From positions 1,760,001 to 1,824,000 of the forward strand of contig CBDCYI010000005.1 of the NCBI GenBank assembly GCA_965224085.1: a DNA stretch of 64,000 bases, read 5' to 3'. The notes beneath the pieces were generated by a model that was not told where the DNA came from, made no database searches, and saw only the letters and a program-made list of their open reading frames with translations. Positions within the stretch are counted from its first letter, which is position 1; every line of letters starts with the position of its first letter. The DNA is from Candidatus Marinacidobacterales bacterium (GTDB taxonomy: Bacteria > Acidobacteriota > Vicinamibacteria > Marinacidobacterales > SMYC01). Made by a program: the position numbers and the translations under genes. Shown piece by piece: positions 59,267 through 64,000 of the stretch.

Positions 59267-60673
59267 TTGGTACGATGGGACACTATCGAGAGAAAGGTGG
59301 TTCTCGTTTTGCCGCTCAAGGACAAGATGGCTTGGGTCGTTGGCTTTATCCTTGTGACGCTCGTTGCGGGTAACGGTTCGGCCCAAACGCTCCAGGAACA
59401 AATTCTCGAAGCGCGGGATAAAGTCACGCCGGCGCTCGTCAATGTGCAACCCATCACCGACGTCTTCTCCTCGGGAGAGCGCCGAAGCTCGACAGGCGTG
59501 GGAAGCGGCTTCATCTTCGACGCGAATGGGCACGTCATTACGAACTACCACGTGGCAGGTAAGGCGAAGCGTCTCATCATTACCTTGAGCAACAAGCAAC
59601 GTGTTCCCGGTGTTCTCATAGGCGAAGATCCGCTGACCGATATCGCCGTCTTGAGACTCGAGCTCGACGAAGGTCAGAGCATGCCGGCGCACGTGGCGCT
59701 CGGGGATTCGGACGAGCTATCCGTCGGTGAATATGTGATGGCGCTCGGAAGCCCGCTCGCATTGCAGCGCTCGCTTTCGTTCGGCGTCGTCAGCAGCAAG
59801 GACCGTTATTTGTCCGATTCCTTCAAGCTTCCTACCGGGGAGAAGACCGGATCGTTCAACACGTGGATCCAGACGGATGCGGCGATCAATCCCGGCAATA
59901 GCGGCGGCCCCCTCGTGAACTTGAAGGGGGAGGTCGTGGGGGTCAACGCGAGAGGGGCTTTTGGCGCCTCGAGCATTGGCTTCGCAATCCCCGTAAACAT
60001 TGTCAGAGAGGTCGCCGCACAGCTCATCGAGACGGGCCACGTGGAACGCAGTTGGCTCGGTCTGACCTTTCAGCCGCGCGAGGAGCTCGCGCAGTATTTC
60101 GAAGCAGAGTCCGTACCCGGCGTCGTCATCCGCAGCGTCGATCCCGACTCGCCTGCCGAGCGCGTCGGCATCCGCGCGGGCGACATGCTTCTGGCTTATC
60201 GAGGCGAGCGCACGTCAGCCCAGTTCACCGAAGAGCTTCCTCTGATCTACAAGAAGATCGCCGACACGCCCATCGGATCCGAAGTTGCGGTCGCCGTGGC
60301 TCGTGGAGGCGACGTTCTTGAGTTCACGGTCACGACGGAAGAACGGGGGGCATCGAGCGCGGACGAGACGGAATTCGAGAGCTGGGGGTTTACGGCGCGC
60401 GGCATTACCCGCGAGCTCGCGCTCGAATTCAGCTTGCCGGACAATCTCGGCGTCATGGTCGCGGGCGTAAAGCCCAACGGCGCGGCCTTCCACGGGCAGC
60501 TCTTTCCTGGGGATCGTGTCGTGGCCGTCGAAGACGAGTTCGTCGGCGACCTCGACGAACTCCGTGAGATCTATCGGAGCTTCAACGACGCGCGCACCGA
60601 TGCCGTTCTTCTCACCGTTATGCGACGCCACTCGCGGCGTTGGATGCTCATCGAGCCAAGCTATGAGAACTGA
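59267..60673 (+). CDS. HtrA/DegP serine protease with two PDZ domains
   Basis: GSGF, TNYHV, TDIAV, DAAINPGNSGGPL. Confidence 0.93.
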   Translation: MVRWDTIERKVVLVLPLKDKMAWVVGFILVTLVAGNGSAQTLQEQILEARDKVTPALVNVQPITDVFSSGERRSSTGVGSGFIFDANGHVITNYHVAGKAKRLIITLSNKQRVPGVLIGEDPLTDIAVLRLELDEGQSMPAHVALGDSDELSVGEYVMALGSPLALQRSLSFGVVSSKDRYLSDSFKLPTGEKTGSFNTWIQTDAAINPGNSGGPLVNLKGEVVGVNARGAFGASSIGFAIPVNIVREVAAQLIETGHVERSWLGLTFQPREELAQYFEAESVPGVVIRSVDPDSPAERVGIRAGDMLLAYRGERTSAQFTEELPLIYKKIADTPIGSEVAVAVARGGDVLEFTVTTEERGASSADETEFESWGFTARGITRELALEFSLPDNLGVMVAGVKPNGAAFHGQLFPGDRVVAVEDEFVGDLDELREIYRSFNDARTDAVLLTVMRRHSRRWMLIEPSYEN

Positions 60674-62120
60674 GTTTTTCTGCGTGGCGCTTTTGGCGCT
60701 GGCCGCCTCCGTTAGTGTTGCCCAAAACGAGACCGCGCAAAAGATCCGATCGATCGAATCCCGCTACAGAAAGAGCGTCGTGCAAGTGCGCTACCGCCAA
60801 CAAGTCAGCCGCTCGACCGCCGAGCCGCCGGCCGAGGAAGAACTCACGACGACCGGCGTCGTCGTGACCGCCGACGGCCTCGTGATGGTGAGCGCGATCA
60901 TTTACGAGCCGTTCAACCAAGTGCCGCACGGCGTCGGGATTCGTTTTCCCGGCTCTGTCAATCGCGTCGAAGCCGCGATTCCGGAAGCGCATGTCCGATT
61001 CATGAATGGCAACGAATATTCGGCCACGCTCTTAGGACGCGATCCCGAAGCCGATGTTGCTTTTTTTCGCATCGACACGGGTGCGGAGGACGCGGCGTTC
61101 GTACCTGCCGTCTTCGAAGCCGGCACCGACGTCACCGTGGGCGAGGAGGTTTTTGTGGTGAGCCTTTTGAGGGAGCCTCTCGGCCCGGCTGTCGCGGTGG
61201 AGCTTTCGCGTGTTCAGGCTATGACGATGCGGCCGCCCTCAGGCTTCATTGTCGCGACAGGCGCCTCCGATCCCGTCGGATCGCTCGTCGTCTCGCGGGA
61301 AGGCGCCATCCTCGGTTATCTGGACGCGCTCACCGTGCCAGTGCCGGATACGCGTAGCCGGAATCCCTTGGCCTTTCTTTCGATCATGCGCGACCTTCCC
61401 AAAGGTGTGGGGCGCGGCTTCGCGCGTCCCGCGCGGGATTTCGTCGATGCGGGCGTCCGCGTTCCCGAAGCGGCGCCGGTTCGGCGCGGCTGGCTCGGCG
61501 TGGAGATGCAGCCGGTGACACAAAAGCTCGCGAGCCACATGAACCTTCCTGTGGATAAAGGCATTCTTCTCGGCTATGTCTATCGCAACTCGCCCGCCGA
61601 AAGCGCGGGCCTTGAAGTCGGTGACGTACTCATCGAGCTCGAAGGCGAGCTGGTCGACGTGAATCGTGACGAAGACCTTGGAACGTTTGCGGAGAAGTTG
61701 CTTCGCGCTGGCGCCGGCGCCTCTCTCGAGATCGGCTACCTTCGAGAGGGGGCTCCGACCACGACGACCGTCCGTCTCGCGCCCGCGCCGCGCTCAGCTC
61801 GTGAGGCGGAGACGATCAAAGTCGGAGAGCTCGATCTCACAGTCCGGGAACTCACCTATGACTATCGGGCCACACGCTTTCTCGAGCCCGAGCGCCAAGG
61901 CGTCGTCGTGGTGCAGCCTCCGGTCGCGGTGAGCAGCAACCCGAACCGAGTAGCCCCCGGCGATTTGCTCGTCCGCTTCGACGATAAGCCCATCGAAGAT
62001 CTCGAGAGTTTCCGGGCTGTGCTCGCGAACGTGCGCGAGCGGCAGCCGGACGAGGTCGTGCTCTTCGTCGAGCGCGGGCGGGAGAGCTTCTTCTTTGCCG
62101 TCAAGCCTGATTGGGATTAG
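60663..62120 (+). CDS. HtrA-like PDZ protein lacking the catalytic His and Ser
   Basis: Signal peptide, TTGVVV..DG, GRDPEADVA, RGWLGVEMQ PDZ; SDPVGSLV in place of GNSGGPL. Confidence 0.8.
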   Translation: MRTEFFCVALLALAASVSVAQNETAQKIRSIESRYRKSVVQVRYRQQVSRSTAEPPAEEELTTTGVVVTADGLVMVSAIIYEPFNQVPHGVGIRFPGSVNRVEAAIPEAHVRFMNGNEYSATLLGRDPEADVAFFRIDTGAEDAAFVPAVFEAGTDVTVGEEVFVVSLLREPLGPAVAVELSRVQAMTMRPPSGFIVATGASDPVGSLVVSREGAILGYLDALTVPVPDTRSRNPLAFLSIMRDLPKGVGRGFARPARDFVDAGVRVPEAAPVRRGWLGVEMQPVTQKLASHMNLPVDKGILLGYVYRNSPAESAGLEVGDVLIELEGELVDVNRDEDLGTFAEKLLRAGAGASLEIGYLREGAPTTTTVRLAPAPRSAREAETIKVGELDLTVRELTYDYRATRFLEPERQGVVVVQPPVAVSSNPNRVAPGDLLVRFDDKPIEDLESFRAVLANVRERQPDEVVLFVERGRESFFFAVKPDWD

Positions 62121-62284
62121 GCCCGCGATCACAGAAAAAAAGCGTAGGACACCGCTCTCAAGACGCAAGAAAAGACGCGGAAGGGCTGCAGGTACCGGAT
62201 GCTTGATTTGCTGGGCGGGGGTTACGAGAACACTCCGTCGCTCCCTCGTTGACGGATGGTGCGGTTCGGGCTAGATTTCCCGAC

Positions 62285-64000
62285 GTGGAACCGGATCGCA
62301 TCGTTGTGCGCGGGGCGCGCCAGCATAATCTGAAGAATATTACCGTCGAGTTTCCGAAGAAGAAGCTTGTCGTTTTTAGCGGGGTGTCGGGCTCGGGGAA
62401 GTCGTCCCTTGCGCTCGACACGCTCTACGCCGAGGGCCAGCGGCGCTATGTCGAGTCGCTCTCTAGCTATGCTCGGCAATTTCTCGGGCAGATGGACAAG
62501 CCGTTCTACGACACGATTCGCGGCTTGTCGCCGACGATTTCCGTCGACCAGAAGTCATCGAGCCACAACCCGCGCTCGACGGTGGGAACGATCACGGAGA
62601 TCTACGACTATCTTCGGGTGCTCTTTGCGCGGATCGGAAGACTCTTTTGTCATCAATGCGGCCGCGCGGTTGCTCGGCAGACGCCGCAGCAAATCGTCGA
62701 GGAAATCGCTCGTCTTCCCGAGGGCTCCCGTTTTCACATCTTGGCGCCGCTCGTGAGCACCCGTAAGGGCGAGCACAAATCAGTGCTCGAAAAAGCACGT
62801 CGGAGCGGCTTTTCCCGGGTGCGCGTCGACGGGAAGATCTACTCGCTTGAGGATTTGATCGAGCTCGAAAAGAACAAAAAGCACGATATCGAGATCGTCG
62901 TCGATCGATTGGTCCGCAAAGCGAATTTCTTGGAGAAGTCGCGATCCCGTTTGACGGACTCGGTCGAAACGGCGCTTCGTTCCGGGGCGGGTGTTCTCAT
63001 CGTGCACCGCGACGGTATGGACGATTTGCTTCTTTCCGAGCATCAAGCGTGTCATCACTGCGGGATCTCCTTTCCCGAGCTGTCCCCGCAACTGTTCTCG
63101 TTCAACTCGCCGCAAGGCATGTGCTCTGAATGTAACGGCCTCGGCACAAAAGCGGAGATGGACGAAGAGCTCATGGTGCCGGACCCGTCCTTGAGCATCA
63201 ACGATGGTGCGGTAAAACCTTGGGGCGCCATCGAGGACAAAGGAGGATGGCGCGCTGCTGTGATCCGTTCGCTCGCTCGCCATCACAAGATTGATTTGAC
63301 CAAGCGCTGGACCGCGCTCAGCGCGAGTTCCCGTCGCGTCATTCTGCACGGCAACAACAAAGAGAAGATCACAGTCAGGCGCGGTCGCCGCTCGTTCAAA
63401 ACGCGCTTCGAGGGGCTCGTCCCGATCATGATGCGGCGCATGAAAGAGACCCAATCGGAAGCCGTTCGCAAGCACTACGCGCAGTTCATGTCGAGCAAGC
63501 CGTGCTCGAGCTGCGAGGGCGCGCGCCTGCGTCCGGAGGCGCTTTCGGTTCGTATCGATGAGAAGTCGATCGCCGCGCTCGCGGGGAGCGCCATCGACGA
63601 CGCCTTTCTCTTCGCCACGACCGTCGAGCTTGCTGGAACGGACGCGCTCATCGGCTCGGAGCTGTTGAAGGAGATCGTCAACCGTCTCCGATTCTTGCGA
63701 GATGTCGGGCTGGGCTACTTGACGCTCGACCGGCTCGCCCCGACGCTCTCGGGGGGGGAGGCGCAGCGGATCCGGCTCGCGAGCCAGATCGGCTCCGAGC
63801 TCACTGGGGTGGTTTACATTCTCGACGAGCCGTCGATTGGGCTACACGCGCGCGACAACGCACGTCTTCTCGGCGCGCTCTGTCACTTGAGGGACATGGG
63901 CAACACGGTGGTGGTCGTCGAGCACGACCGGGACACGATCGAAGCGGCCGACTATGTCGTCGATTTTGGCCCTGGCGCCGGGGTTCACGGCGGGGAGGTC
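62285..64000 (+). CDS. uvrA: Excinuclease ABC subunit A (runs off the window end)
   Basis: VRGARQHNLKNI, GVSGSGKSSL, EGQRRYVES, LSGGEAQRIRLA, LDEPSIGLH. Confidence 0.97.
   Translation, partial: MEPDRIVVRGARQHNLKNITVEFPKKKLVVFSGVSGSGKSSLALDTLYAEGQRRYVESLSSYARQFLGQMDKPFYDTIRGLSPTISVDQKSSSHNPRSTVGTITEIYDYLRVLFARIGRLFCHQCGRAVARQTPQQIVEEIARLPEGSRFHILAPLVSTRKGEHKSVLEKARRSGFSRVRVDGKIYSLEDLIELEKNKKHDIEIVVDRLVRKANFLEKSRSRLTDSVETALRSGAGVLIVHRDGMDDLLLSEHQACHHCGISFPELSPQLFSFNSPQGMCSECNGLGTKAEMDEELMVPDPSLSINDGAVKPWGAIEDKGGWRAAVIRSLARHHKIDLTKRWTALSASSRRVILHGNNKEKITVRRGRRSFKTRFEGLVPIMMRRMKETQSEAVRKHYAQFMSSKPCSSCEGARLRPEALSVRIDEKSIAALAGSAIDDAFLFATTVELAGTDALIGSELLKEIVNRLRFLRDVGLGYLTLDRLAPTLSGGEAQRIRLASQIGSELTGVVYILDEPSIGLHARDNARLLGALCHLRDMGNTVVVVEHDRDTIEAADYVVDFGPGAGVHGGEV

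Noticed and set aside
1-64000. CRISPR array, tRNA, rRNA or prophage
   Set aside because: No regularly spaced repeats, cloverleafs, rRNA motifs or phage genes were seen.
1-64000. Very frequent CTCGAG/GAGCTC/TCGA
   Set aside because: Largely explained by preferred codon pairs (CTC GAG, GAG CTC, ATC/GTC GAx); excess cannot be shown without counting.

Overview
GC-rich bacterial chromosome segment. Gene order (trpS-scpA-scpB-rluB-cmk-rpsA-ihfB) and protein content suggest Acidobacteriota, probably Vicinamibacteria-like (inference). It is mostly housekeeping and metabolic genes (dtd, dapF, folE, queD, glcDEF, uvrC, icmF, birA, mazG, uvrA) plus five IS elements. The highlight is a 2.6-kb IS110-family element (2845-5444, minus strand) that splits a repeat-domain Ser/Thr kinase exactly in its Gly-rich loop (GAGGM|GVVY), with a 2-bp GG core on both sides. 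It carries two accessory ORFs (a Zn-finger protein and a small helical protein), then an internal bridge RNA (about 4159-4313), then the DEDD recombinase. The donor loop of the RNA matches the two element ends. Its target loop spells GGT ATG GGC GAA GT (Gly-Met-Gly-Glu-Val), so the element appears programmed against the conserved P-loop codons of Hanks-type kinase genes. Joining the ends creates a sigma70-type promoter. Other points of interest: a sigma54-preceded long hairpin sRNA candidate (56.65-56.89 kb), an IS630 inserted into a structured ncRNA, two IS stacked at one CTAG site, a RomR-like regulator, an active/inactive HtrA pair, and several deletion remnants. Scattered single-base frameshifts suggest indel errors in the assembly, so frameshift-only pseudogene calls are provisional.
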